Source: Iphione sp. A-MEVVRFRX5
Taxonomy: Eukaryota
Assembly (NCBI GenBank): GCA_976226885.1
Contig: OZ320314.1
Location: 60,326,001-60,390,000 of the forward strand
Reading direction: 5' to 3'
DNA: 64,000 nt
How positions within the stretch are numbered: position 1 is the first letter of the stretch; every line of letters starts with the position of its first letter. Shown one piece after another: positions 26,611 to 40,449 of this stretch. A model generated the notes under the pieces. It was not told where the DNA came from. It was given only the letters and a program-made list of their open reading frames with translations, and made no database searches. A program made the translations under genes and the position numbers.

Positions 26611-29600
26611 CTCTACTTTCGCTTAATTGCTTAGCCCTAGCATGGAAGGTCCAGCTTACCCGAACATCAGTAAACGAACCATCTGCCTCGTCAGATTGTT
26701 TTAGCAGTGTAAATGGAATGGAATCATTTCTTTAAACAACGTTTTACTGTATTGTTTTATTACTTGTGCTGTTATTAGCATTATCTCGCAAAGTAATTCC
26801 TATAGGCTATGTGAGAAATGAAGTGCCCTCGAGTCGTCCCCGCGTTCATCCGGGCTATGTCAGTAATGTAGTGAAGAGAAAGGGATTGTGAATCCTTGCC
26901 TAATTTATACTGTTGTTTTGTAGAGGCACCGAATGGTGGGTTACTGTTGTGTTGTAGAGGCACCGAGTAGTCAGCTTTTTCCATGTGCACATTTAACCAT
27001 GTTGTATATCTAATCATTACCTGCATGAAAAATCTGACATACACGAATGCCCAAGCTGTTTCCCATGTTAGTTCATCGCGCGTTCTCCTCCTAGGTATTT
27101 GAGGTTGTTTTGTGTATTTTAGTTAATACATTTACATTCGTATAGTTTCATGCAGCCTGCTACGTCAGGATACAGAAACTTTGCAACATGGCATGGACAA
27201 CGTTAAGGAGATGGCGCACATGTACATGTTCATAGAAAAGACGCCCGAGGGCCCCCCATATGGACAGGGAAGCTGGCTAGATAGGCTACGTAACTAACAT
27301 ATTGAGGAAACTGGTGTAAAATTGGAATTATTTGTGTAAAATGAGGATTATGAGCTGAATAGGGGTTTTGTATTTCTCTGTAAATGTGTAACCCCCCCCC
27401 CCCTTTTTTTTTTTAGACAACTCTTCATTTCCTTAGCTTTTTGTAATCACGCTTATGTAGTCAGAGGAAATGGATTATTAACAATCCATTTCAGTAGTAA
27501 ATTTACATGCTTTTCTGGTGAGATTTCCTGTTGCCATTTGACGCTAACAACAACTGTACAATTGTTTTGTGTGACCTGACAGTATCTTCAGGAAACACCT
27601 GGGTCTTAATCTAGCATGCAAGCGTCAACGAAGGCCATTCGCAACTCATTCGCCCTTTGAGGAGTGGTCTAGAAGGAGGAGTTGTCTGGGTGCCATCGTG
27701 GGGTTGGGATTCGATGGTCTGCGGGCGGAAGGGTTCGGGCGAGTCACCCATCATGAAAAAAAAAATCCGATTCAATGCTGTCATTGCATTTTAGCGCCAT
27801 TTCAGAACTGGCGTCGTCTGCCTAGAGGTGTGTACGCAGTCGCGCCGGTTCGTCGCCGCGCCCGCGTACCTATAATTGGTTGCGACGGAAACAATAGTCA
27901 CCCGGAACCAGGCAATAAAGCAATGCTCGAAATGATGCGATGCTCCCAACTTCGAAGACGAAAATAATCCATGACCAGTGCACAGGCTGCCGTCCGCGTC
28001 ATTTGCCGCGATTTTACTTTGGCAACGCCGGGCCGTCGGGGGTGCGGTGGGGGTTGTTTATTTGGCTATTGTTGGGCGTAGGAAGACCGACGAAGAGCTC
28101 CGTTGTTCAATATTGTGTTTCCGCATTTCGTGGCGACCAGTAAGAGATGTATATGTGAATAGTTCGTAATCCCATGTCCTTTGATGTTTAAATCCCGACT
28201 TCGGTGGCTCCGCCTCGGGGACAAACAGGACAGGTGACAAGGGAGCGGTTAATTATGGACCCGCACAGCTTAACACCCGACATTGTGGTTAGCTGGACCA
28301 TGTCACAGGGCACCCACATCGACATCGCTCATTTCCCTTGAAACAGAACGCTGCTGACGAGATAAGGACTGGGTGAGAGAGTGGTTGGAGGGTGAAATGG
28401 AGGTAATGGGGGTTAACTTCAAATGTCGAGTGACAATGGAAGTGACAGCCAGCTGTAAACATGAAGACAAGTCAGAATTCGATAGTGATCTAGGGTGAAG
28501 AAAATAATATTGGATGAAGCTAAGGCCATGATTACATCTGAATGAAAGTGCCTCCTTGCCATCTAATTTACCTATGCAAAAAGTATGTTTTGATAAGTTA
28601 CAAACATCAACACCTGTGCCATTTGCCTTTATGGCGTAATACTGATGTACATGTGCATATACAACAGTTGATAGGCAATATATTGTTTGGCTCTACTAAA
28701 ATTATATCAAAAGAAGTTTCCTGTTCATCTTACTCTTATTCGAGAATAGAGGTCCAACCAGTGGAGAGGCTCTAACCAAAACGAGATCTTTAATCAGGAT
28801 TTCCTGTTTTTTTTCATTTGTGAAAGTCTTTATAGCACATAAGAAACATAATCAATCAGGACTCAGAATAATTGAACATATTTAATGAGAATTGTACGAT
28901 TGCTTTAGAGCCGGGGAGTCGGAACACTTTTTCTGGATGGAACACGGAATAATACAATAGGAACATTACATGGAAGAATCGTCTTTCTAGGGATAATGAA
29001 ACACGCTTGCAACAAATCACCACAGCACAAATGGTGTATTTATTTTTTAATTGTTTCAGTACTATGAGACGTGTAATGATATTTTCCTTAATTTTCTGCC
29101 TCCATCCCGTACCCCTTATTTCAACCCCTCTCACTGCTTCTTCTGTGCCCCCTCCGTGGCGGTATTGTCTTCCTCAGAGGTCTGTAAAATTTTTTCAGAG
29201 TCAGTCTCGCCCGATACAAACATTAGAATGTGAGGGTAAGTAACAACCTGTTATGATCCTAAGAAAAGTACTTTTATTGGTAAAAATGTCCCATTTAAAT
29301 ACATCGCTAGTGGGGTAACTTGGGAAAAGATTCATAGTCTAGCCTCATGAAAACTCGGTCCTACGGAGTATTATTTACATGCGGGTTCGTCGCCCGCATA
29401 ACTTAGTTGCTGTCATTCCCCATCATTATTAATTGAGCCCAATTTTGAGAAGCGTCAACACGCTAGATTGACACTACAGGCTGAATGTGCTCCCATTCTC
29501 AGTGCTCACGACACTCGACAGTACTGTTCATAGCCTCTCGTGTGTTACCCTTTATATGCATTTATTCATCGATTCTTCCGATTATTTATTCATTTAGTAG

Positions 29601-31687
29601 TCATTGTAGACCTAGGATAACGTCTGGGTCTTTTCTATTCAGCAGTCAACGCCTTTACAGTGGCAATAAACCTGGCACGGAGATACGTTTCGGCTTTTAT
29701 ATAATAAGACAAGAATACTTTTAAGTTTTATATAACGAGAATGGAGGGTTGGGAGGGGGTGCAGGAAGAGCTAATACTGTAATAGTAATACATGTTCCTG
29801 CATTGTCTCGCTATTTATCTTTCTCAAATCAGTCAAAAAAGAACAACTTTCGAATCTGATGTGTGGCCTAAATCTTGGTTTTCGTCACAAAAGTGGCTAG
29901 TCAATATATTGGCACATGACCATAGATATTTCATCGTAGTAACATTGGTAGTGGATCGCCAGATTGAAAAAAAAGCTCTCCCCGAGTGACACTTATTTGT
30001 AAAAGCCTGCCTTCGTGCCTGACGTCATAATCGGGAGAGGTAACTGCGACAGTGAAGTCTGGCTCCGCCCACACTCACAACTGCGTGGGCGGATGTTACC
30101 GGTGACGACGACAAAATGTATCAATCATGCAGTGGCTGGTAGACGCGGATGAGGCGAGAACGGCTGGCACGATGTAACACAGTTACATGTTACCTGTAAA
30201 AATCCATGTACCTATAATCTGTTTCCGTCATAATCCGTAGAAAGGCAAAATCAAGTGATTTAAGAAGAAATTTCAGTGAACTTTTGGTGCACATTTCGCG
30301 TAACAGGACTTCACATTCTTACGGTACATGTCACATTTGAGAATTTGGCACAAGCCATTTATTGCTGAGTGGCATTACAGTCTCAGATATCGTCACATCC
30401 GCGGTAGATAAGGCGATAGCCGTTCATCTGCTTTGACGCCGGTTCTGGTAGAGACATTTAGTTGCGTGAGATGCACCGAAGCACACCGACTAGGCTTAGC
30501 AACTATATAGTCTCGTTTACCAGGGATTTTCTAGTTAAAGTGGAACCTCATTGTACTACCGAAGAAATCGAGGAAAGGAGAGGGGGTAGCAACATCATCA
30601 TGTTGGTTGCGAAATTACCGTTTTTAGCGAAGACATTTAGTGCAATTGCATGCCCGCCACAAACAACCAATTTCATGAACTGCTTATCCAGGCCCACTTC
30701 CACTCCATCCCCACTTATCCGTCCGGTCCGAATTTCCACTGGTGCCTGTCTTGTAGAATGTCATTAATATCATGGTCATTGTATCGAATGTGTCCTTTTT
30801 TTCCATGGGGCATAAAATAGGTCAACCAAACTTAACCCTGCCGTCTTCACATTATCCTGCAGATACTACCGTTTTCCCCCACGGCAGCCCTCACTCTTGA
30901 ATTTCTTGGACGTCACATACAGCTTCTCATACCTAATCCTTGGTGATTTACTTAGAATTGAAGGTTTCATATGTTTGATTATTCCATTCTTGTGGTAAAA
31001 GATTGTAACGCTACGTCCTCAACCAGAACTGGATGGTTGGTAGGCGTGACCATAAATCATACGGTGGTATACATGTACTTATCAAACAAATAATGAAAAT
31101 ACGCGACAAGGGAGTTGACTCTGTACCTGGGCTCCGGTGCGACCTTGCAGAAAGGCAAGCAAGGGTGACAGTGCACCCTCCTAAGATGCGAAATGCAATA
31201 AACTAGCCAAGGAAGGAATAAATTATGCGATATCTGGACCAGGCATTGTGGCACAGCTTTAAAAAAGTATTGAGTAGACCAGCGTAGGCTGTTTTACCTT
31301 GTACTCATTTTTTAACCGACTGGTTTATGTCTAGATTCTTACTTTGGGTGAGATAGTTTAACCACATCGCCCGAGACCGCAGGTCAGGTGAAAGCGGTTA
31401 ACTACCACACTAAAAGAATCTGGACTTAAATCCTGTACTGACAATGATAATTAAGTGAAATAGATGGAATGCATTAATATCCTACCAAGATAACTAGCTT
31501 CTTATTCGATTTTGGATGAAAATGCTGCCTAGGACTGCCATGTTGATTTTTGATACTTGTTGATGTTTGAGCAGATGCATTTCATTGGCTAGAACAAAGA
31601 TTCTCTGATATAAAAGAAGGCACTGGGTCATTTTCGATTATGTGATCCTCTTTCACATTTTTGACATGAAACCATAATGCTGCCTTA

Positions 31688-31834
31688 GGCCCGGTTTCCT
31701 TGTGTACGGATTTTTATCTGCACTGCCTGTGAAGTCCGGAAAATGAGCTGTTTTGCGCATATCCACGGACACCCGATTTCTTTGTGTACAGATTTTAGAG
31801 AGAAAGGGGGGAAGAGAGAGAGGAGAGAGAGAGG

Positions 31835-31882
<48 letters not shown>

Positions 31883-32296
31883 AAGAGAGAGAGAGACAAA
31901 GAGAGACACAGAGAGAGACAGATAAAGAGATATAATGTATGTACATGTATATATTTTTTGTGGAGGTTGAGACATATTGGTAGAAATTGTGCGGTTTTTA
32001 ATGGAGGTTGAGACATCGGTAGAAATTGTGCGGTTTTTAATGAAGGTTGAGACATCGGTAGAAATTGTGTGGTTTTTATGCAAATGATATGCAAATTAAA
32101 AAATAATTCACAACATCTATCATATGATAGACAGTGTCTATCCTGCTAAAAACGCCCATCTAACTATCCTACTGTGTCTGTGGTCTGGAAAAACTGTTAA
32201 TTTACAAACAGTGCTCGTTTTCGGGCTCTGGATTTTTTTCCCCACACCACGCAGTCTGTGGTGCGGGAAAAACTCCGGATACAAGGAAACTGGGCC
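31688..32296. mobile_element. PIF/Harbinger-type MITE carrying a (GA)n tract and a 39-41-bp x3 tandem repeat
   Basis: 23-bp TIR GGCCC[G/A]GTTTCCTTGT[G/A]T[A/C]CGGA with 3 mismatches; TTA TSD (31685-31687, 32297-32299); same TIR family as 14202-15002; repeat units at 31962, 32003 and 32042. Confidence 0.85.
31808..31925. repeat. (GA)n microsatellite
   Basis: Long GA dinucleotide run; explains the L/S and E/R-rich spurious ORFs. Confidence 0.97.
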
Positions 32297-35200
32297 TTAG
32301 TGAGTTTCTGAAGTATTGTGTACGTATTAGAGCTCATAGTTCCTTTATTACTTAAGAAACTGTATTTAGATAGGGATTATGTAATTTGTGTTTGTAGTTG
32401 AATAGTATTTCAATGTCAAAGTTGTCAACGAAAGTCGAGGGACCATAGGCATGAGGCTTAGGTTGTTAAACCTTGGGACAAAACCCTAAAAACACACGTA
32501 ACCGCTGTTCTAACTACGAGGACAATATTCCGTATCTAATTTAGTGTACTTGACATATAAAATATATATCATTCTTAATACGAAACCACCGCCAGACATT
32601 AATCCCGAGACCCTAGGCCCTCCTTTGGTCCACTGAGTTCCATAGGTGATGCTCGAGTGTTAGAAAGTCAAATAACCGCCATATTGTGATCTTGAAAGCC
32701 AATGATGTTTCACCTTATAATGTCTACCCGGGAATTAGTCCATATTGTAATGCCTGGGTAGAACACTCGTTTCTATGCAATTAAACACCCCTAGAGGGTA
32801 GGAATAACGCTTTAAGAATAGCTTTATGTATAAGTTCGGTTTAGTTTCCCTCCTGTTCGACAGCCCATGCTTTTGAAGTACGAATTTCTAGCAGACGTAT
32901 CTGAGGTACAGTGTGACTTGTTCAAAGAGCATTGATCTACTTAGAAAATGGTCTGTCCCGGACGTTTATGGACCAGTGCTGTGATCCTGCTACGATACCT
33001 AACCTTGACCGTACTATTTCTCTCCCTTTAGTTTGGTCAGTCTTTCTGGGTCTAGGACGTAATACCTTATACGAAAAACGACTCCCTTCGAGTCCCATAA
33101 GACCACTAGGGCAGGGTTACAGTGCATTATGCCTCTTGTTTCCTCATCACGACAGAGGACAGACCTGTAAGAATTAGGCCTGGGTAGAGACACAGTAGTT
33201 GAACCGAGCTCCATGATGAATGTATTCATGTAGTGCAGTTAAGAATATTTACAAGTCATTATGATTTTGCTATGACTAGTGCTGTCCCAGTTTGTTTTAT
33301 ATAAGTAGGCGTTTTGTTTAGATGCTTGGCATGGCTTTGCTATCAAGTTCAGTGTTATTGGCTGTCAAGGCGAATTATATAAAGTTGGTAAGGGAAGTAG
33401 ACTTTAGTGGAAAAAAAAATAAAACGTGTCATTATTTCCAAGTAGGAAGGTAAGACATCCAGTGTATCATGATTGGCGTTACTTTAGGTGCGGCTAGAAG
33501 GAGGTCATGTGGAGTACAAGTACATGCATGGATATGATGTGACAAGTCTTCATCATTTATGTCTTATTTATTTTTTCCCCATTTATGACCTTATCAAATG
33601 GTATGTGACGGGCAGGCATTAGTGCCCTCCAGACACCAGACTGTTAGACTTGCCCAGTCCCCGCTATGTGAGCATTTGTCTGGCAACTGGCCATCCATCT
33701 AACCTAGACCGGCACCCATTCAGTCATACGGACGACGGGAGTCTAATTTACTGCCATGCCCGGATATTTTGTTAAACTCTACTGAGCCAACTCCTCTTTG
33801 ATCTGGAAGCCCAGTCACTGGTGATGGCCACTTAGCCTGGCCAAGAATGGGGTGGCGGAGGCTTTGAGAAGTCAATGGACCCCACTACAATTACAGCGTG
33901 ACGCGCAGCAAACACAGGAGTGTCGGCCACCGGCGCCCTCTGCCCAGGAAACCAGCCATGTTTGGCATACCTGTGGTTTGTACACTGGCAAAGGTCCTTC
34001 ATCGGGCTCAGTGACATAATATGGACGCCGTCGACGCTCCCTCCGCTTCCGCCTATAGCCTGAAAAGGCAGCGTCTCTTCTCTACGTGCCCTTATTTTAA
34101 CAGCGTCCCCTCACCCCGGACTCAGCCCCCGAAAGCTTTTCATGACAGGGGGAAGCCCCCTCGATGGCATTCTTCCACCCCCTGTCCCCATTATAGGATC
34201 TGGACCACCCCGGGCATGGTCTCACCCCCGTGTCCCAGGAAGGAAGGTGTGTGTATGCGTGTGTGTATGTCGGGGAGGGGAGGGGGGGGTTGTTGGCATT
34301 CACCAACTCGCAGGGAGGCGCGGGGGGTGGGGGTTGAGGCGGCAAGCATAGCGGTCTTTACGGGCGGCGATTAATATTTACCTAAAGCCAACAATGGAGT
34401 GGATTCCGGAGGTGTGGAGTCAGAGGCTTTGGTGAGACGCCAACGTGAAGCTTGACCTTGTGGGTGGCTCAAGATGGGAGGGTGGTTACAGAAGCGGTGG
34501 GGCAGGGGGCCGACGGCCGGACGTTAGACTGGCAGAGACCCAACAGTCAAAAAGGTAGCAGGCTACAGCCTAGACGGATGATGATGATGATAGCCAACGA
34601 AGGTGGCCAAAGATGACAACTTGCTGACCCGGAGGAAGCCAATTTGTTGCAGTTTGGAAGCCCATATCTTAAAGTACCTTGTGGTTTCAGGCAATCTTCC
34701 ACGGTGTGCCATTTCCGCCCTTTGTGTATGTAAGCCCCGCTCATCCTGGCAAAGGACGTTTGGGGACGGGGCGGAGTATTAAATTCATTTTGAAGATTGA
34801 CATTGCATAACCGCAGCTACGGTGAAGCTGATCTTAGAGCTTTCGGCGGATTAAACAACAAACACGCATCCTGGTCGCCATCTTTGGTTCAGGTCTGCTT
34901 CATAGATCAGTGAGGATCTTGATTTCCGTCCCTCGGATATCTTTTCAAACAGCAGCTAGAAGATGATGCTGTTTGAGGGGGTTTCCCAAGGGTCGGCCAG
35001 ATCCGGCTTCGCGTACTCTCCCCCCCCCCCGCCCCCCTCGGCCGGGGTTCACACCGGCGCAATTTGATACATGGTTGCGCAGGATTTGAACCTGCCCATG
35101 GTTTCTATATAATCCCTTCATGCTTATAGAGAATCGTTTGTTCTTTGTCGTTTTCATCCATTTCCTGTAAATTGCCTCCCAATTGCACCTCGGCATAGGT

Positions 35201-36819
35201 CGCTTTATTGAGTGGAGTCGTCATGAATGAGACCTCAAGTCTCGCGGAGCTGTAGAAGCTACGTCACTAGTTTTGGCCCTGTTTCTATCTGATATCATAT
35301 ATATATATATATAGGTGCATGCCAAAGTTCTAGCCAGTTACTGGTGGGAAGAAATGTGGATAGTGTAGAAAGCTAGGGTAGGCATATACAATCTAGGCAG
35401 GAAATGTCCAGATGTTGCTATGGTTACATTGATCCTACAGTTATATTGATCACACTTGAAGAAAGAGGGTTTTTATAGAAGGCTCGATGACTGTACCTGT
35501 TTTTGATTCTGTGGCTCCGTAGCGACAACATAGGTGCAAAATGGCTCACCGATCCTGAACATTCTAGAAAGAAAGGGAAACTCGAAGGAAGCCAATCCCA
35601 CCCGAAGGAAAAAAAAAAATCCCCTTCTGCCTACATCACAGACGACCACTCCTTCTGTGCTACGTTCAAACTAAACCCCTCCTCCTGGGTGAGAAGAAAA
35701 GAGCGCTCGAGGGGGGATCGGGGGTCAGGCTTCCTCCCCTTTGCTAGACTGGCTCTGGGTAACGCCGATCGGGTGTTTCGATTGGTTCGGGCATATCATG
35801 ATATGGAGAGGACCTGGAGGTTCCGAATCTGTCTGTATGCAGACCTTTGCTAATAATGCCCGTAGCCCGTTAGCCAGCGTGGTAGGGATTGGGGATGGCG
35901 GAGTCTGAATGATGGATGTGCATGTGTACACATGGACCAAAGCGGTCTTTCCATGCACGCATCTATGAATTTCGTATACGTGTACTTTAGTGTAATGTGC
36001 ATGAGAAAGGCAGACACAAGATATATTTACTAGCCAACACCGATGTGTCCATACGCAATGTATAGGGATGCTATCCATGAAGCCAGTCAACATCCACTGG
36101 TGTCCCGCATGCGTATGCATGAACAAGATGCAGGATGCGCTGGTTTCAGTCATCAGGGCTGTCTCCCCCTGGGGTCGCTTTGTCTGTTATAGTTGATACA
36201 TGTACATGGAAAGCCTTTATGCATCTTGGTCCGAAATTGTACAGGAATTTTGTTTCATGGACTGGGCAACGCATGGGAAAATACCTATATGAAAAAAAAC
36301 CGCCTTACACCACTATATGGACCGTGTTCTCTTCAGTTTTCAATGTATCAGTGACTGACACACATATACATGGATCCCTACCCCTCTCCGGACCGGCAGT
36401 CATCCTGTCCTGATAATACGTACAGCAAACTGCTGGCGTCGGCAGGTCTGCGGGTCTATGTATGTGAATACATCACTTGAAAGAAGGCAGATTTTTTGCC
36501 CTTTGTCCCGCATGTAGTGAGCTGATACCAAATCAGGACAGACACCTCGCAGTGGCGAGTCACCAGCTGATAACTGTAGATATACCTACCACAAGGGCAG
36601 GTATCGGTAACGTCAAGCTGTAGTTGACGTAACGTAAAGCGCCACGTCGGGAAATTCAAATCAAAGCGCACGCTAGACGTGAACAAACAGGGGCTGCTTA
36701 TCACATCCTTTTATCAGGAGTGTTATACGGACAGTACAGAGGCTGGTAGAGAATAGCTGACCATCATTGACCAATAAGGAGAAAGATGATGAATATGCAC
36801 CTCTAACTGTCCATTCATC

Positions 36820-37200
36820 CATTCGTCCTCCTTTGCCGCTCTGCTTATCTTCAGGCTATCCATCCCTCCCACCCTCCAGTTTTGTCTTTCTTGTCTTTCA
36901 TCTTTGTTGCTGTCCTTCTGCCTTGCCTTTCAGTTGAGCATATATCCTGTTCATCTTTTCGTCTTGTTTGTCTGTCCATTCTGTCTATCCGCCGTCCCTG
37001 TCCATCATCTCCCGTCCTGCCCACTCTGGTATCCTTTCCATCCGTCGGCCTTATTCATCCCAATCTCCTGTCTGTTCTCATATCCTGCTGCTCTGCCAAT
37101 CATCCTCTTCTGCTGTCTATAGATCCCAGTGTTCTATCTGTTCTGAACTGCCCGTCTTACTAACTTTTCCCTCTGTCCCTCTTTCTGTCCTTCCATGATA
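36820..37200. repeat. Pyrimidine-rich low-complexity tract (CTGTC/CATC-like)
   Basis: Degenerate TCTGTCC/TCATCC repeats; strongly C/T-biased. Confidence 0.75.
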
Positions 37201-38191
37201 ACAGGTGTCCGCTGACCTCATCCTGTATATCGGCTGTCCTTTATTACTAAACGTTCAACGGCAACCAAAATTAATACCGTCCTGATGAAGAATAAGGAGG
37301 GAAGCTAGAGAGGACTTAGCGGCGTGTATTACTTCCTCAGCGGAGGTTTCTTGTTTTTGTAACGTCATGTCTCTGTAATTGTCCCCCACTTTAACTGTTG
37401 GGGGCGGGGGGAGGTACCTTAGGGATACTTCTATGTAACCTTTCAACCTGCCATCACAAATCTTTCAGTCAAATGAAATGATTTTAATATATGATATTTA
37501 TCTACATCAACCTGGCTAATTTTGGTAGTAATCTAAATATTCTAAAGGTGAAATTATGTCAGCCAAATTTATTTTTGCTTATACACCTAAAACCATACAT
37601 GCCTTGTTTGTGGATTTCTTGGTCTGACAATGCACTCACATGCAAACACAAACTTGCCAATTCCCCCTGTTAACACGACCACCTTGTGGCCACACAGGCA
37701 CTCTCACATACCCCACCCCCACCCCCACTCTCACTTACCCACCAAGGCAGGTACAGTCAAGCATGAAATGGGCAGTGGGGGACAATAGGCGTTGCAGGTC
37801 CACACTCTTGTTAATTCTAGCCAGTGTCCAGGGTAAGTTGTAGGGAAATGTTTAGCAGCAGAAACAAACAGTGGATTTAGAGCCGCATAGGAGATGACCG
37901 TTGTGAGCAGTGTGACGGATCAGTGCAGTGTTAGGTCCACCGAGGATATAGCCAAGGTGGCGTTCACATCCTTGATTGATTTTCAGAGAGAAGGAGAAAT
38001 GATTTTTTTGGGAGAGAGGAGAAAGGGACTCAGTAGGCCAATCATTGTGAAGGATCTCAACTGAGAGAGAAAATGAGAGAAAGAGAGAGGCATGTGGAGG
38101 GAAAGAGAGAGTAAGAAAGAAATTTGGAAAAGAGGAAAAAGGGGGGAGTGGAAGTGAAACCACAATGAATGAAAAAATCTTGCTCCAATAC

Positions 38192-38270
38192 GGCCTCTGT
38201 GGCGCAGTGGATAGCAGCTCTGGATTTGATACAGAGATACGAGGTTCGAACCCCGACCATGCCCTGGCCA
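38192..38270 (+). mobile_element. tRNA-derived SINE head (Pol III A and B boxes)
   Basis: A box TGGCGCAGTGG 38200-38210; B box GGTTCGAACCC 38243-38253; CTCTG/CAGAG stem with 9-nt loop; acceptor stem does not pair, so not a functional tRNA. Confidence 0.7.
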
Positions 38271-40132
38271 CGTTTCATCAGAGGATGTGCTATAATGCAG
38301 CAGTCCACTTTACAAGAACAAGAGCGTCCACTGTACAATTACATAGAATAATGTACTTTGGGGGGGGGGATGTTAGGAACAAAAAGGGAACAGCACGCCA
38401 CGGGTGGTTTAACTATGAATGAAAGCCGACAGGTGAGCGTGTGAACTTTAGGAGCAGATGGGTAATTAGCTGTAGACATTTATTTACTGACGCAGGAAGC
38501 ATCACGGAGTATACCATGTTCGTGTATAGGAGTTCCTCAAGTACATTTAATAAGAGGCATTAACACCCACGTCATCAACAACTTCCTTTTAACCAGCAAG
38601 ACGTTCCCAACTATGCAGAGGGTGTGAGTTTAGAACAGGCTCAAGGGCCCGGATGGGGGACTTAACGCTGCAGAAGTACCATGCACGCACAGAAGTTGTG
38701 AACGTATTCATGCAACTCTAGGACCTATCTGTACCTCCTACTCTTTTGTGGAGAGACGCATGATCAAGGTCTAGGTGCACGTTCCATGTGCACGTCAGTG
38801 CGTCTGTGTCAGTACGTCAGAAACCCCATACGTCAAAAGCGAACACTGAGCTCGATGAGTGTATGCTTTCAATATGTCAAAGAATAATATCAAGTGTTCT
38901 GGCTGATGCCCTGTCTTGACGCGCATACCCATAGAAATCTGTGTACAATTTTAACGTATTGGTAAACTGATGCACTGACATGCACAATGCATCTTATAGA
39001 ATCAACAAGCCTGATGAGACCATTAAGGTCGAAACCATGGCCCCCCCAGTGCCCACCTAACCACATTTCCCTTTCCCCCCACCCCCCACACCAACACCCC
39101 AATCTCCATGCCTCCACCCTCCCCTCCCATCTACAATCACTCCAATAAAAATTCTTTTCCCCCACCCTTTCCTTTTTCCTGTTAAATATAAAATTATATT
39201 CTTTGCTCATGGAATCACCCCCTCCCCTAACTCGATTACAATTTTAACGGGGTATTGGGGTTTGCATTCTGCTTTTTGGGAGGATGTACTGGCACCCTTG
39301 CCCTCTTGCATGGTCACACTGGGGTCTAGTGACAGCAGTTTGAATAGCCTCATATTACACAGAACAAATTATATGTAGTTTCAGACATGGCTATTCCAGC
39401 ACGATTCTGGATCAGAAGTGTCTTTCTCTTGCTGCTTTGTCCATCATTTTTGTGGTTTTACAAGTACAGTATCCATCGTTCCAGTAATTTTCCCAGAGGT
39501 TTTGTAAGGGTTAAAGAATGCTTTCCAGAATAAATGATTCCCTTTAATCACATGTAATGAGAAAGATACAGTAATAGAGGAGCCGTGACAGGGAATGGAT
39601 TGGGCGGGGGGGGGGGTGTCCATACGCTCGAGGAGCTATCGTGCACAGAGATATTTAAGGATTTTGTTTCTTTAGCTTGGTCATTTTGAGTGTTCTCTTT
39701 TGTCTGAAAGAACCATTCATATGATTTTTTTTGGTTTTAACACTGGAATACTTGAACGGAGCAGCATATGTAAACCCTTTGAACTTGTCCCCTCCCTCCT
39801 TTTCCCAAACATTGAATTCAGTATGGAACAATTTCAGTAAAATACAAATTAGTCATTTTCCACCTGGCCACGTCACACGCCTTGGAGAGTTCACGGACAG
39901 GTCATTTCTGTTTGCATTCCTTGCGTAGCATTGCGTAATCATGTCGCGTTCGATCCAGTTGAAATGATGACAGGGTCCTGAGTTGTGTGTGATTAGTAGC
40001 CTTAGTGCTGCCCTACGTAGTTTATATTTATGCACAGTAAGCTGCTTGAGTTATTGCGAAATAAGGACGCTATTGCACAAGGTGGTTGCAAAAGAGGAAC
40101 TATTGCACAAAAATCTTTATTGCGTGTTGCAG

Positions 40133-40449
40133 ACTCCAGGACCAAAACCGGCTTTAGAAGGAACAGAGTCTACACCTAGCGGAAACGACAGGAAACAAAA
40201 CTTCTTGTCGCAAAGCAAGCCGTCAGATGCCAGCACTGTCGCGTCCGTACCGCCGTTGGACAGCTCGGGCGAGGACAGGAGCGATCACCTGCTGGCCGCA
40301 AGGGAAGACACCAGCACGGTGCTGGATGACAGCAAGACGCGCGACAAACGCAGTCGTTTGACGACTGCTCAGTTATATGCGGAATTGGAGAAAGCCGACC
40401 TCGCGTCGGCCAAAAGAATCCACCCCAATGACCGCCGGAAAATTTTCAG
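40133..40449 (+). CDS. TRIT1: tRNA dimethylallyltransferase, internal exon (first identifiable)
   Basis: AG/GT bounded, phase 0-2; LYAELEKADLASAKRIHPNDRRKIFR matches the IPPT 'LHPHDKRKV.R' motif. Confidence 0.88.

Larger units (their letters stand above)
24125..26628 (+). mobile_element. Crypton-like tyrosine-recombinase DNA transposon (boundaries approximate)
   Basis: Contains an intron-bearing DUF3504/YR gene; candidate 13-bp direct repeat CGATTAACCWTAA at 24125 and 26502; 89-nt imperfect hairpin at 26522-26610. Confidence 0.65.

Noticed and set aside
26522-26640. Helitron 3' end (hairpin + CTAG)
   Set aside because: The hairpin is far longer than Helitron terminal hairpins and the CTAG is about 27 nt away; association with a YR gene fits better
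30440-30780. Fragment faintly resembling a fibrinogen C-terminal domain on the minus strand
   Set aside because: Key motifs (FST.D.DND, GGWWY) are absent and the frame has stops
31653-32094. Several L/S- or E/R-rich ORFs (also 55573-55869)
   Set aside because: Translations of (GA)n/(CT)n microsatellites
35079-35089. B-box-like GGTTCAAATCC on the minus strand
   Set aside because: No A box or cloverleaf upstream
38192-38270. Possible tRNA gene
   Set aside because: A and B boxes are present, but the acceptor stem does not pair and the anticodon loop is 9 nt; treated as a SINE head
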